From: Takakia lepidozioides
Taxonomy: Eukaryota; Plantae; Bryophyta
DNA length: 64,000 nt
Assembly (NCBI GenBank): GCA_030704615.1
Contig: CM060732.1
Span: forward strand, 50,344,001-50,408,000
Direction of reading: 5' to 3'
The notes beneath the pieces were generated by a model. That model was given only the letters and a program-made list of their open reading frames with translations. It did not search any database and was not told where the DNA came from. Every line of letters begins with the position of its first letter. Position 1 is the first letter of the stretch. Below are positions 10,905 through 23,619 of the stretch, piece by piece. The translations under genes and the position numbers were made by a program.

Positions 10905-11130
10905 ACAAGTAGGGTTAGAAAGTAATTAATGTCGGTCAAGGGGGGTTAGTGGAGGCTTAGCGCGGAATTAAGTAGACAGGTGGAGGGTTCTAGAGTAAGT
11001 AAGCTTCGTTAAGGATGCTTAGTGGAGGGTTAGAGAGTAATTAATCTAGGTTAAAGTGGGTTAGTGTAGGGTTAAGGGGGATTAGTGGAGGGTTAGAGAG
11101 GAAGGAAGGAAGGTAGGTTAAGGGTGGCGT
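10905..11130 (+). repeat. Degenerate G-rich tandem repeat (TAGTGGAGGGTTAGAGAGTAA-like)
   Basis: GTGGAGGGTTAGAGAG and GGGTTAG recur several times, e.g. ~10945, 10980, 11022, 11085. Confidence 0.6.
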
Positions 11131-12310
11131 GCGGCAGGCCCTCTGCTTATCTAGCTTCTCACTTCCTTGGCACTCGCTGGGGAAGGAGATGGTGTTTTCT
11201 GTCGCCACCGATCTGTCGTTTGGTCGCTGGCATGTCCGTCTCAGCAGCTGGAACTCTTGCACAATTGCTGGTCTATGGCGTACCTGCAGAGAGCAGATAG
11301 GTGAGAGTTGTTGAGGTTAAATTTTTGTCGAGGAATTTTGATGTACATTCTATGTCGGTGTGATTCTGTCTCTCCTGAAAATGCAGAATGAAAGGTATTT
11401 CTTGTAAGTCGAAAGACAGTGGAATAAATGTAGAGATTTTCTCTGTCAGGCTTTCGTCTTCCTCTCTTTCTGCGCAGTATTGTGAATGCCCTTAGACGCA
11501 AAGCCGCTATCAAACTGACAATGGTATTCTTAGCGTTGGTCACGGTACGAAAGCAAAGAGTGGTTTATCCAGTATAGTGGGAGTACTTGGGAGTTCTCGT
11601 AAAATTTCTCTTGCATGCTGTCTGTATCATTTTGCTCTCCCTTGCATTTAGATTGTGCTGTTTGTGCCGAAATGGTTGTTGTCTTAGCTCATGGCTGCAG
11701 CTGTATCTTTGATGACCATGTTGACAATTGGACCTCGAATCCTGGACGACAGTCGCTAATCTCACGAAACAGGGTGTGAAGGAAGATTTGAGTGTGTGAA
11801 AGTTTTGTTGGAGCTGTGTTGATTCTTACCCGCAGAGAGTACAGACGGTATTGTCGTCCACTTAAGGCTTAACGGAAGAGCTAGATAAATGGTAGACTTT
11901 TTGGCTCAGACTATTGTCTTTCACATCATGTTACGTAAGATTGCCCTTTCGTTCATGCAGGTGCGCATCACCTCTTATCACGCCGTTCATCTTCGGCTCG
12001 TCTTGGCTTTGCTTTTTCTACTATTAGAGGAATGCGACAAGTGCTTTTGCTGACCTGGGGGAAAGGAGAAAAGACAATACGGAGGAGGACTTGGGTAGAA
12101 TATCACGCAGGAGTTCTTCTTTTGGTGAGCCTCAAGGTGACAGGTTGTGAGAAGACCAGCTCCTAGCGTTTGGAGATGCGCACGAGAAACCTCGGATACG
12201 GTGCGTCTTGTTGCTCAAACAATAGCTGCTTTTGAGGCCAAACTAGATTGCGAGAGGAGGGCCGGGCTAGAGCTTTGTGGGGCCTCAATAGAGGAAGTTT
12301 GCCTTGTAGG

Positions 12311-15300
12311 ATGGAAGCAGCGTGTGATTTTTGCGGGGAGGGTCGCGCAACGGTTTATTGCCGAGCGGACTCAGCACGACTATGCCTGTCTTGTGATCGG
12401 CATGTACATTCGGCAAATGCACTCTCCCTGCGACATTTTCGAACTCTTCTGTGTGATGGGTGTCGTATGCGGCCAGCGTTTGTACGCAGCCCTCCTGACA
12501 ACATGTCACTATGCCAAAGCTGTGATTGGGACACTCGTGGACGCACTCCTGTCACTTCACAGCATCAGCGCCATCCGTTTGAGTGCTTTACAGGGTGTCC
12601 ATCTGCCGCGGAGCTGTCTAGCCTTTGGGGATGTGACTTGACCCAGTCTCGAGCAACACCTGGGTTTCACCCTTTGCCAGCAGGGTCCACCAGCTCTGGT
12701 ATGCATAACAGGGAGGCCCCCAACCATCGATGGGGTGGGAAGTCAGATTCATTACTGCAATGTGTTGTTGGGGGACAGATGAGTCCCGGCCCAAACTCCA
12801 CACATACTTGGGGATCTACTCCTATAAGGCTTCAACCTGCTGGAGAGATGCGAGCTTCAGAGGGAAAGGCTGCACTTTATCCAGCAATGCCTGGTGGGGG
12901 ACCTCCACTTCTCGCCAAGGTATTCTCTTAAGACTGGCTGGTAAAATCTAACAAATTAATTTGGCACATTTTCGGTATAAATGATAGAGGAAATCTCCTT
13001 TCACACTGGGTGCTGTATTCTTAATTCTCAAGTTGTAAGTGGATATGAAAGCCTCAAAGTCACTGTGAATAATCTAAACTTGGTTCTTTTTGAGCTTACG
13101 TTGTAGTCTGAAAATCCAGCTATGAGGATTTGGTTGCTTCTAGACCTGTACTTCAAAGAAATCTAATTAGTCTTGCCAAGCTATTCTCCTGAGACTGGCT
13201 GACAGTAGAAAAGTGTTGACAAGGTTAACTAGGAGTGCTCTCTTTTGTCAGGCTGGAGCATATATTTAACAAAGAAAGAAAGTTGGCAACATTTTTGGTA
13301 CAAATGATCGAGAGGAAAACTGCTTTCACGTTTTGTGCTGTATTCTTAATGCTCAAGTTGTAGGTAGATATGAAAGCCTCAAATTCACTGTGAATAATCT
13401 AAACTTTGTTCTTTTTTAGCTTAGCAGGCTAAAAATTTCCAGCTATGAAGATTTGGTTGCTTCTAGGCCCCGTACACACCAATTTCAAAGAAATCTAAAT
13501 TGTCTAATGAAATGAAATGGTGCTTTATAACGTCCGCGGGAAGCTCATAGAGCTTATGGGATAAAATGGAAGAAAACATGAGAGAGGAAACAAAACCATA
13601 GACAAAAATAAAAACTATTGCTCGAGTGATTGTCTAAGGGTGAAGGCCTCGTGCAGGTAAGCTGCCAAGCATTTCTGATCCTCAATAGTGGAAGACTTCA
13701 CAGTGAGAGGTTGGGTTCCGCGGAATAGACAGTGGAATCTCCCACGGATCTCATAGTATAGAGGGCAATAGAAGAAGTGTTCTTCAGTTTCAATTGCCCA
13801 GTTGCGCCCTGTGCCAGCTGGACATGGCGGTCCTCCTGTTGCAGGTTTTCCCATCTGCCAGTCTCTATCCGTAGTTTGTGGGAGCCCACCCTGAACCGCC
13901 CCAATGCCCTCGGAGAGAAGGAGATAACAATGTCGAAAGGTAATTGGGCCGCAAGATTCTATGAAAAGGAAAAGACTGGACGTCGGGCCTCTGTGCAACC
14001 TAGCCTCTGTGCAACCTATCAACTTAGGTGCATGTTTCATATGCGTGGTTGTGTTTTGGTCATGCTTTTGTCTGTTTTCATAGTTAGTCTTTAGCACGAT
14101 ATGAGACGGTGACTTGCAAGTGTTGCAGGGATCATGTTTTTGGTCTAGAGTTCATCTCGAATTTTACGTAGTTCCTTACTGGCTAAGTGGTGCCTTTGAT
14201 GAATGTCATTTTGTACATCTACAGAGTGCAAGAGAGAAACAATAATTTGAGGAGGGGGATGAGTTGGTAGCCGTTGGATGTGGAAAGGCAAGAATCAGTA
14301 AATTGTGCTTTTATGCTGGGTGCACACCATCAATTAAAGTAGAGGATTACTGAGTCCAGCTGTCCACGATCCTTCTACTTGTTTCAGTTAAAGTATAATA
14401 TCTAAGCCACCTCCCCCACCTCTTCTCTACGCAGTAGGGTCCTGTGGCCTGCTTCTAGGTGCTCAAAAGTGATATTCGGTTGTTGATAGGGTCCATTGCC
14501 TATCATTGCTGTTCTGAGGGGAAGACAGCAGGAAGAGAAGACAGGCCAAGCAAGCAATCTGCATCCGCAGGAGGCCATCGTACAGCAGCTACAGAAGCTG
14601 CTACACCAAGAGCCTGTGCCAGCTTCACCCCAGGTGCAGATGCAGGCACCACCCTATCTACCTAAGGAGCGTTCTACCTCCCTCCTGTCTGAATCTGGAC
14701 CACAAGGGCTTACACAGCAGCAGCAGGAATATCATCTACAGCCACCTTCTAATTCCGCATGCCTGACCCCACAACCTTTGAAAGATTTTCCTCAGCAGAT
14801 AACAGTTGCAGACCCCCCCACCATGGCGTTGGAAACCCGGCAGCTCAAGTCTGAGGGTGGAAATGACTGTCAAGGAGGGGATCCCTTCTGGCGTTGCAGC
14901 ACAGTGAGCCAAGCCAGCCAGGTATACATTTTTTGGTTAGGTAAAAGGGATGTAGACTGGAGTTTCTTTCTATATCTTTCAAAGGATCTGCAGCTGAAGA
15001 TTGTGGTCTGTGTTGTGACCAGATTATGAACCACTGAAAGGTCATCTGTTTTAAGTCATGTTGTCACCATTTTCCGACCAGCTTGACGTTTGTTTTGATA
15101 ATGTGGTCTGAGTCATATTATGGTGGCAGCTGTGGGGTCCGCACATGCAGGATCTTGGGATGTTTGAAGGAGAAGACGCTGACCCTTGTGAGGCGTTCAG
15201 TATGGCTGATGTTGATCTCACCTTTGACAACTACGAGGATATTTTCTCTAGCACTCATGTTCCCTCAGCTTCATCATTTGATGACATTGGGACATCGTGC

Positions 15301-16995
15301 TCTTCCTTGGGATGCCCTGACTCTGCTGAAAATGGACATGTACACATGCTAAGCATCCCAGAGACAGAGCTTTTTAAACCATCCAATGTACATTTACCAC
15401 TCTCCATATACTTCTCACCCTCCTCCATTTTTGCAAGTGTGGCAGGTGAGATTGTAATGTGCTCATTACGGCATGCTCTCTTGTTAGTTTTCCCCCTTTC
15501 CCTTATGCTGTGCCAACTGAAGGGATGGGTAGGTACCTCTACTTCATTGTGTACCTAATGCCTTTCCAACTGGACCAGGAAGTGCTCTGATTGGTGCAGT
15601 AGCTTCTGAGGGGATAGTCACATAAGATTTTTTAAACACCGTTGTGTAGTTAGACATTTAGGCATGTTCAGTTAAGTATTGCAGCTCCTCCTAGCAGAGG
15701 TTGTTGGGTCTGTTCAGGAAGATAAAGTGGGTGGCTTCATTGTGGGAAGGTTTGAAAGGCCAAGTTTTGGATTGTAGCCCTTAATTTCACAATTCTTAGC
15801 TTCTGGTTTTGAACACAAACCTTGTTGTGGATCAATCACCATGCTCTCCTGTGACTTTCCCATCTCATTGCATGCATCAAGCAAAGATTGAACATTCAAA
15901 CTCTTTTTTTTTCATTGTCTTGTTTTTGGACGAAAGGGAGGTTGACTACTGCCGAAGCAAGTGTAACTTATGGTGTCACTTGACCCTGATCGGCTTTTTC
16001 CCTTCATCGTTTTGGGATATTAATTGTGCTGACAATGACTAGGATGTTGGATGCATATACAGGTTAGCTCAACTGGTGCTATCTGCTCACTGGTTGATGT
16101 TGCTGGACCTGCTGGTCCAGGGCCACCTCAAACCTCAGCCATTAGTGTAGGGGTGATGACAGGGGCTGCAGCTGGACCTAGTGAAGCCACTAGCATGGAC
16201 TTGCAGTATGTGCCAAGGCCCACAAAGTCAAGCTTGTCACTCTCTATGTCGGGTAGGAGCGGAGACAGCAGTGATTACCACGACTGCAGCGCATCCTCAA
16301 TGCTTGTGAATGGGGAGACTTCATGGTCCCCCACTAGCCCTGACAGTGGAACCCTTGCTCAAGCTAGGGACAGTGCAATGCTTCGGTACAAGGAGAAGAA
16401 AAAGACACGCAAGTATGTGACAGACCTTTCTTGGGCCTTGCTTTATCATTTATAGTCCTCTTTATAGTTTGCCCAGGCCCAAAGCCAAATGTCTTGATTT
16501 TGTTATGATTAGGGGTACAAGTAAATTAAATGCCCATGACCCTTTTACAGTATAGAAAGGACAACATCATTCCTTTCTGAGAGAAGGACATATGAATGAG
16601 AGAAGATGAGGAGAGAATCTGTACTGCATTGGAGACCTTTCTCCCCATTGAATTTATGTTGTGTAGGTATCCGAAATGAGGTAACCATCTTTTTAGATAT
16701 GCAAATTTGGGGTATGATTAACCCACACAGTCTGAAGTGTACAGCTAATATCTGAGAGAAGCACACAGTTTGGAGTCGTGGAGAAATACAGTTCATATGG
16801 TCTGTTTCATTTGGAAGGTGTGCCATGGGTTAAGTAGCACTGATACTTGTCAACTTGTGCAACAGGTTTGAGAAGCGCATTAGGTACGAATCACGCAAGG
16901 CCAGAGCAGATATTCGGAAAAGGGTGAAAGGCCGATTTGTGAAGGCAGGGCAGGCCTATGACTATGATCCCCTCGGTGCTACCAGGAGCTTTTGA
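12311..16995 (+). CDS. COL9: CONSTANS-like B-box/CCT transcription factor (COL9/COL10, BBX7/8-like). Predicted exons 12311-12919, 14529(or 14532)-14921, 15130-15387, 16063-16412, 16866-16995. Probable 5' UTR intron 11301-11960.
   Basis: N-terminal B-box CDFC...[27 protein letters not shown] and a second divergent B-box. CCT domain [16 protein letters not shown]|[26 protein letters not shown], with the C-terminal YDYDPL..TRSF typical of COL9/10. GT-AG junctions have consistent phases; the exon 3 donor is less certain. Confidence 0.92.
12950..13505 (+). repeat. Tandem duplication of ~220 bp in COL intron 1
   Basis: GTGCTGTATTCTTAA..CTCAAGTTGTA..GATATGAAAGCCTCAAA.TCACTGTGAATAATCTAAACTT occurs at ~13010 and ~13335. 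Confidence 0.85.
13506..13930 (-). mobile_element. 5'-truncated non-LTR retrotransposon (RTEX/CR1-L2-like 3' end) in COL intron 1
   Basis: [17 protein letters not shown]...[17 protein letters not shown]-terminal zinc-finger region, frameshifted. (CATTT)n tail at ~13506-13519. Confidence 0.75.
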
Positions 16996-18554
16996 GTGCT
17001 CATGGAGTTCCATACATATATTGCTGGGCATTTTTTAGGGGATTAGATTTTGGCCCAGAGCCCTGAAAAGTCCATTCCCTGCTTTCTTCCTTCCACAATC
17101 CAGTGCCCTTTTTTCCCTCTTTCTTCCACAGGTGTTGACAGCACAGCAGTGGATGAGAGCTTGGGTGCACTTGGTTCGAAGACAACTTCCATGCCAGCAT
17201 TTCTGTGATGAGTGAAGCGTTGGGGTGTACTATATAGCTCAAGTGTCAGACCTCCTTTCTGCAGTGTGAAGGTTTGCAGACTAAAATGTGTTTAAATTGT
17301 ACAATGTGGTATCCATGCAGTCTAGAGAAATTTCTAGAAGCTGAGTGCCTACATTCGGCAACCCTTCTTCTCTTGAGTTGTGAAATATCATTTGCGCCAG
17401 AGGTGTGGCAGGGATCTGTGGGTTTGTGCAATCTGTGGCCCCTTGTGCTTTGTATTGGCTCCTGGTACAAAAGTGACGTTGGGGATTCTTCTATCAAGTA
17501 TCATCCTCTGTCCACTACCAGCTGCTGGGTACAGGGTTGTGCAAAAGTCTCCATCAAGGACTCCCAATGCACCTGTAAATGCAGTGTTTTATACTCAGAC
17601 AAAGTCTCGTTCAGGGGTTGCCTAGCCTGTTTTGGTTTAGTGGATGTTTTGTGCCAATTTTGATCCTTGAAAGCGCAGAGCCCTTGCTTTAATAGGTCTA
17701 CATGTTCTTGTTCATAAATATATGTGCCTACAACGGTATTTGTAAGGCAAGGAAATTGTCAACAAAAGCATCATTCATTGAGCTGGGTTGCTTGGCCCGG
17801 GCTGCGATCAGCTAATGCAAGTACCAGTTTTTATTCTTTGATACTCAGAGGCTTGCTTTGTGAACACATGTGTGACTTATGGAGATTTGAGGCAAGTAAA
17901 CTTCCAGAAACAAAGCATTCTTAATCAGTTGCAAACACTGGAAACTTGACTATGAGGTTGAACTTGGACATGTATGGGTGATTCTGTACAAAAACACACC
18001 ATACCAACTTCATAGCTACTTTGCACAACTTTTCCACTGTCCTCGGACTCTCTGCATGTATGCCTGGTGTGAGAAATGGGTTTGTGTGAGCATGGGGTAG
18101 TCAAAGCAACTCTTCCTGATTACAAATGCTCTTTGTTCCTTTCTAGTCTGCAGTGGATTGCATGCGAGATGCTTGACTATTACTCTGTTTCACTATCTAC
18201 TCTGCTCGCCTAGCATTGCACTTCTGATATATCCTTCTCAGAGAATATATCAGAGATACCCATCTGCTTGGTAATATCTTTGTGAAGCAGCAAACACAGG
18301 CAGTAGTCATGAAGGTACCGTGAAGCTTCTGCAGACAGCAACAGTGTTTGTAAAGCCCATCAAAACAAAGCCCATCAAAAGCCTATCACCTCCTTATAAA
18401 AAGCCTGAATGAATGGGAGAGGATGACTGGAATGGAATTCATCCACTCTCATTGGAAGCTTGAGAAGATCGATAGAGAAAGTGAGAGAGAGAGAGAGAGA
18501 GAGAGAGAGGCGGTAGAGGTGAAGAAGGGCAGGCAGAAACAGGGCGCAGAAACT

Positions 18555-18968
18555 ATGTTCTTGAGAAGATTAGCAGGGCCTTTGCTGGCGGCTGTGAAGG
18601 AATCCACAGGGCTTGTGGGTCTTGATGTGGTACCCAATGCCCGGGAGGTGCTTATCTCTCTGTACCAGGAAACCCTGCAGGCAGTGGAGCCCATCCCTGA
18701 ATCAGCGCAGTACAGAAAATCGGTGGAGTCTGTGACGCAGCACCGTCTAAAGGTGTGTGAGGAGGAGGAGGATTGGGAGAATATTGAGAAGAAGATCGGA
18801 TGTGGGCAGGTTGAAGAGCTCATTGTTCAAGCGCAGGATGAGCTGCAACTTATTCCCAAAATGGTCGAGTGGAAGCCATGGGAGGTTCCCGAAGGTTACA
18901 AAGTAGAGGTGATTGAAGATGATGACTCCATTCCTGCGCACATTCCTATCCATCGGTCGAGATCATAA
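18555..18968 (+). CDS. NDUFA5: NADH:ubiquinone oxidoreductase subunit NDUFA5 (B13), 137 aa, single coding exon
   Basis: MFLRRL...STGLVGLDVVPNAREVLISLY...YRKSVE...RLKVCEEEEDWE.IEKKIGCGQVEELI...WKPW is the plant complex I B13 signature. The ORF is intact and preceded by a (GA)n leader. Confidence 0.95.
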   Translation: MFLRRLAGPLLAAVKESTGLVGLDVVPNAREVLISLYQETLQAVEPIPESAQYRKSVESVTQHRLKVCEEEEDWENIEKKIGCGQVEELIVQAQDELQLIPKMVEWKPWEVPEGYKVEVIEDDDSIPAHIPIHRSRS

Positions 18969-21351
18969 AGAAAGGTGCTTCTGGTTCTATCCCTACTTGC
19001 CCTTGTTAACCACGGCGGTTGTGGGCTTCCTACAGTGCGTCAAGATGAATTCGACGATGCTTATATGGCATTGAGCATTTGTATGCAGTTGCTGTGTTCC
19101 CATTTTGCCCAGAACTGTGCGTCCAAGGGTAATTCTTTTTCAAATAAATTCAAGTGAATTGTATACATTGGTACTGTTATTTGCCGCACTTTGGGATGCT
19201 CTGTGAGCGCCTTCTTCGCTGTGTTACTCAATCTCCAAGTGCTCCTGTTTTGATCCGATAGACTGTCCATACTGCAGTTAGGGCATCGATGCTCAATTGT
19301 TTGTTTTCTTTTAGTGCTTCCCCCTTTAATGCTACGTCATCTGTAACGAGTATGATGGTTGAGTGTGACCTTATGATGTGATGCTGTTTGCTATCGAGGT
19401 TAGGTAAGGTCCTTGGAAGTTTTTGTTGAACAATATGGAAAAATTATGATTCAATCCTGAGGAGTTTAGGGCATATCAACCAACTTGTCAGATCCTCAAA
19501 CAATAGCTCTTCCAAGGAGTCTGGTGTATCCATTTGAATGGACTTTCTCCTCGTAACCTATATGTTTGTAGGTAACAGAGTTTTAACCAAAGGAAGGTGC
19601 GATGGCTCCCAGCACCTATTGGATTGGGCTATAGAATGGGTCCCTCCTCAGCTTCCATGCCATCAACTGTGTGTGCCTGTCACTCTGTGATGTTTGTTCA
19701 ACATGGACAGAACAATCAGTAATCAATTTCTCAAAAGAATATGAATCTGTGACCTTCATTGGATTTCACAAAGAACTCACACTATTTACAGCGGCATGGT
19801 TATTAGAGTATGAAACAGATATCTACAGTGCTGTTTGCAACTTTTTCACCATGAGAACATGTGAGGGGCTGGATAATTACCGAGGTCAATGATCCTCAGA
19901 AGTGTAACTTACCTGGGGTTGAGATGGTGTCCTTTCCTACTTCCTCACATGGTTTCAGGAATGGGGTGAAGTTCATGATGTCACCATAGGGGCTGACAAT
20001 GGCCAATGGATCTTACTTGATATGAGCTGTAGATATGAGTGAAGAAGGTAGAAGGAAGAGTACCTACAATTGCCTCATTGGAGCAAGCCTAGGAAAATTC
20101 TTCGAGCTATAATCACCAGGAAGTATTGGGTATCCTCTTCACATGACTGTCTACTACTTCAATCTCAACTAATGTCTCAACTGGCCTGTCAATGCTGAAT
20201 TCCTGTTTATGACAAGAGGAGGGAAGGCTTATACTACTGTCATCGAGTTTTCAGTCTGCTCTGCCTATTCAGAACTTGGGTCTTTGGTTGTGTCTGAGTA
20301 TTTCCTGGATGATGTTTTGGGAGAAAAGTTTACTTTTATCAGAAGAGAACTGCTACCAATCCAGATACATTCTATTCAGCAGGTGCAATGTTCAGCTCTG
20401 TGTTCAACGTCATAAGAACCTCTACTGAAACATTAAGCTCAGAATTTTGACCTTGTAACCTCTCATGCACCATGAAACTTGAACCTCCTCTGTCTCCATA
20501 CAGATTGATAATTGCCCTCTCTTTGAAACTGGCAACCCACACACCATTGGTGTACTACTACTAGCCATCCACTTAAGATTTTGGCTATAGATACATTGTA
20601 GCAAACGAGGTACCACTGTGTTGATTATGTATGATGACCAATGATTGGTATCTTTCCACTCGATCAATTTTTCTGGTCCAGAAAGAGCTGCAAGAAGGAT
20701 CGAAGTAACGGATTGGTTCCTACAAAATGAGAGGCTGCAGTTGATGTTGGGATGTACACTCTTCAGCAGCAAGCTGCCTTCTCTTTTCAACCCTAGCAGA
20801 TATACCAGCTTGTAATCCTTCCAAGATCTGTCTTGTCCCTTGATTACTTGTAGAGATTTGCTCCTTGGACTGCTTTGATTCAATGATGGCATTGTGGTAT
20901 GGCACTCAGAATGTGACAAAGTCACACTGTGAAAGCTCCTCTTAGAAGAGCATGATAACAGTTGCAGGCACATTGCTTTCACTAGGAAGACTAACTGAGC
21001 ATTTCCATGTTTGAAAGAGACATCATGAGACAACCTTTTAAGAGAAGATCAAATTTCTTTGGGGATAAACCGGACACTAATTGCTCTAGTGAGCCACCTT
21101 CCTCAACACCATTAACATTTGCGAAAGAGGTCATGCAGCTAACTGCACATTGGTCAACAAAGCAACTGAAGAACACATAATAACTTAGCACATGTTGGCA
21201 GCCTATAGATTATCCTTTCATCCATCCATCCATCCATGTTGCATTTCCAGCGTCCAAAGATGGAGGAACCAAGTTGGTTGGATGACATCCATCCATCCAT
21301 GTGCATGGACTGTAAAGAGAGAGGGAAGACCTGGATCTATCATTAATCTCT

Positions 21352-21743
21352 TGTGCTCTTGGAAAATGGACTCGAGCGCAGTTGAAGGAGCCGCTTGTAG
21401 TGTCATTGAAGAGGGCATTGGAGATGGCTGCATGTTTTGAGGTTCGCAGGGAGCCTCACAAGGGGTCCTTGCTTCCCGAAGAATATGCAAGGAGGATGAA
21501 GAGACGTAACAAAGAGAAGGAAGAATTGGTTTACGCGTTTGGGGCCTCTTGCAAAATGGACTCAAGCGCCTCTCACATGGAGGCGCTTGCTGCTTCACTG
21601 AAGAATGCATTGGAGGTGGCTTCATATTTTGAGGTTCGCAAGGAGCCTCACAAGGGGTCCTTGCTTCCCGAAGAATATGAGTGGAGAATGAAAAGACGTA
21701 AAGAAGAAAGAGAAGAATTGGTTTACGCGTTTGGGGCCTCTTG
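21352..21743 (+). repeat. Two tandem 192-bp (64-codon) units in one open frame
   Basis: GTTTACGCGTTTGGGGCCTCTTG at 21529 and 21721. The peptide FEVRxEPHKGSLLPEEY..RMKRR..E.EELVYAFGASC appears twice. Confidence 0.9.
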
Positions 21744-21954
21744 TTACAAGGGGCAGGAGGGGTGCTTGAACATCACCTCCTGCTCCCGGTTTACACTAGA
21801 CATAGGATGGGAACTGAATGCGCGTGTGCAAGGCTTGCGATCCCCGGAGCTAACCGGAGGGCCCACGTGGGCCTACGGTCAAATCCCCACCCTCGCTTCC
21901 CTCATGTATGCTTCACACCCCACCAAGGGTCCCGTGCTCCATGGTCCCACCACG

Positions 21955-22200
21955 GCGCTCCCTTGTCCCCGCTCCTCCGCTCCCCTATTATTGCTCCCCG
22001 CTCCTCTGCTCCCTGTTATTGCTCCCCTCTCCTCCGCTCCCCTGTTATTGGAGCGGCGAAGCAGTAAAACAGGGGAGCAATAGCACAAAGGAGCCGGGAG
22101 TAGTAACTCAAGGGAGCAGTAACAGGGAGCGGCAACATAGGGGAGCGAGGAGAACAGGGGAGCTGCGGACACACAGGAGAGTGGCGAACATGGGAGCAGC
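21955..22200. repeat. Foldback minisatellite: (GCTCCCCTGTTATT)-like arm facing an (AACAGGGGAGC)-like arm
   Basis: C/T-rich repeats at 21955-22049 switch at ~22050 to their reverse complement, running to ~22200. Confidence 0.8.
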
Positions 22201-22533
22201 AATTGGCGGAGATCCGCTTGAGGGACTTAGAAATTTTTTGGAGATGCAAAAAACTATTGACGTATTCGTCAAATTCTTAATCATACAACTTTCATCGCAC
22301 CAGGGGTATAGTTTGAACCCAGCACCCGTGCAAATAAATGCACCCAACCACCAAGCTACCCGCCGCTTCATTGTCATATCTTGTTTTTTTTAATTTTTCT
22401 ACTATTATACAGGCAATAACGGCACGACTGGGGCGGGGGGTGGGGATTTGACTGCGGGCCCCGCCAGGGGCAAGCCCTGCCCATCGTACCGGCAGGCTGC
22501 GCATTCAACTCCCATCCTATGTCTAGTGTGTTT

Positions 22534-23097
22534 CAGTGTTGGAATGGTTTACCGATAAGAAACTGGTATCAATATTGGTATGTATATTGGTATAATGTAC
22601 CAGACCAATCTGGTATCACCTCAGGCCACTACCTAGCATATACCCATATTGGCCTGGTATCTGCTTCTTGATACTATGGACGATACCCTATCAGTCTGGT
22701 GGTTGAAAATTTGGTACCTGATACCAGTACCAGATCCATTTTTCTGAGGTAAACCTGGTATCAATACTTTGGGAACTTGAGGAATACCTTGAGGAATACA
22801 ATCAATGAGAAGCATGATTGTACGCATTTATATGAGAAGTGGGCCTTCAAAATTTAACATATCACGAGACTTTTTGATACCAGACCAGTATTGATAATAC
22901 CCTGGTATCAATTTCTAAAAACTCTTGCCATTGATACCCTAAAACACCACACCTATCAGGTATTATTGATACCACCATGGTATCCAAATCTCAGATTTCT
23001 GCCGATACCAAGTACCTCCCTGGTATCACAATTGGCCGGAGGCCTATATACCAGTACCAGCCCGTTGTGTTCAAAATACGACACCAGTCCAACACTG
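22534..23097. mobile_element. hAT-family MITE
   Basis: TIR CAGTGTTGGA...TCCAACACTG. 8-bp TSD GTGTGTTT / GTGTGTTC. Many internal TGGTAT/ATACCA motifs. Confidence 0.9.
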
Positions 23098-23619
23098 GTG
23101 TGTTCCCTGCTCCCGCGACCCTGAAAAAGGGCTTTGCAAAAAAGAAAAGAAAAAAAAAGGGTCCTTTTGGACCCACCCACGCGGTCTGGGGATAAATTAG
23201 GGTTCCTCCCAGAGTTCTGAAATGCGGTGTGGACAGTCAAATCTGGTTATCTTGGAATTGAGGACAAGGCACATGCAAATGCAAGAGCATCGTTATCTCT
23301 TTGTCACAAATCAGACAGGCTTCATGTTTGTGGAGGTATATACCAACTTATTTAGTTGCTGTGAGGCAGGTGCCACTTTGGATGGATGGATCGGGGAGAA
23401 AAACATACCAATGTTTGCAATCTATGCTTCACGCTGCCCGCATCTTGCAGCTCACTGAGGTGAGAAATCATCTCTGTTATGGATTTCTGCATAGAGCCCT
23501 TCTCATATTTCATAGCTCAGGTTGTGCTTTTGAGTTCTCAAACAGATTTTAATCTTTTACGAAGTTCTGCAACACTGGCATTGCTCATTCCCTTTTTAGA
23601 ACATGGGGTGACTGTCTTT

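Noticed and set aside
10905-11130. Interstitial telomere
   Set aside because: Too degenerate; no run of consecutive TTTAGGG/TTAGGG units.
18423-18554. N-terminal extension of NDUFA5 from the upstream ATG
   Set aside because: It translates the (GA)n leader; the conserved start is MFLRR at 18555.
20422-21191. 203-aa and 66-aa minus-strand ORFs as a gene
   Set aside because: No recognisable family and surrounding frames are broken; kept only as part of the fragment mosaic.
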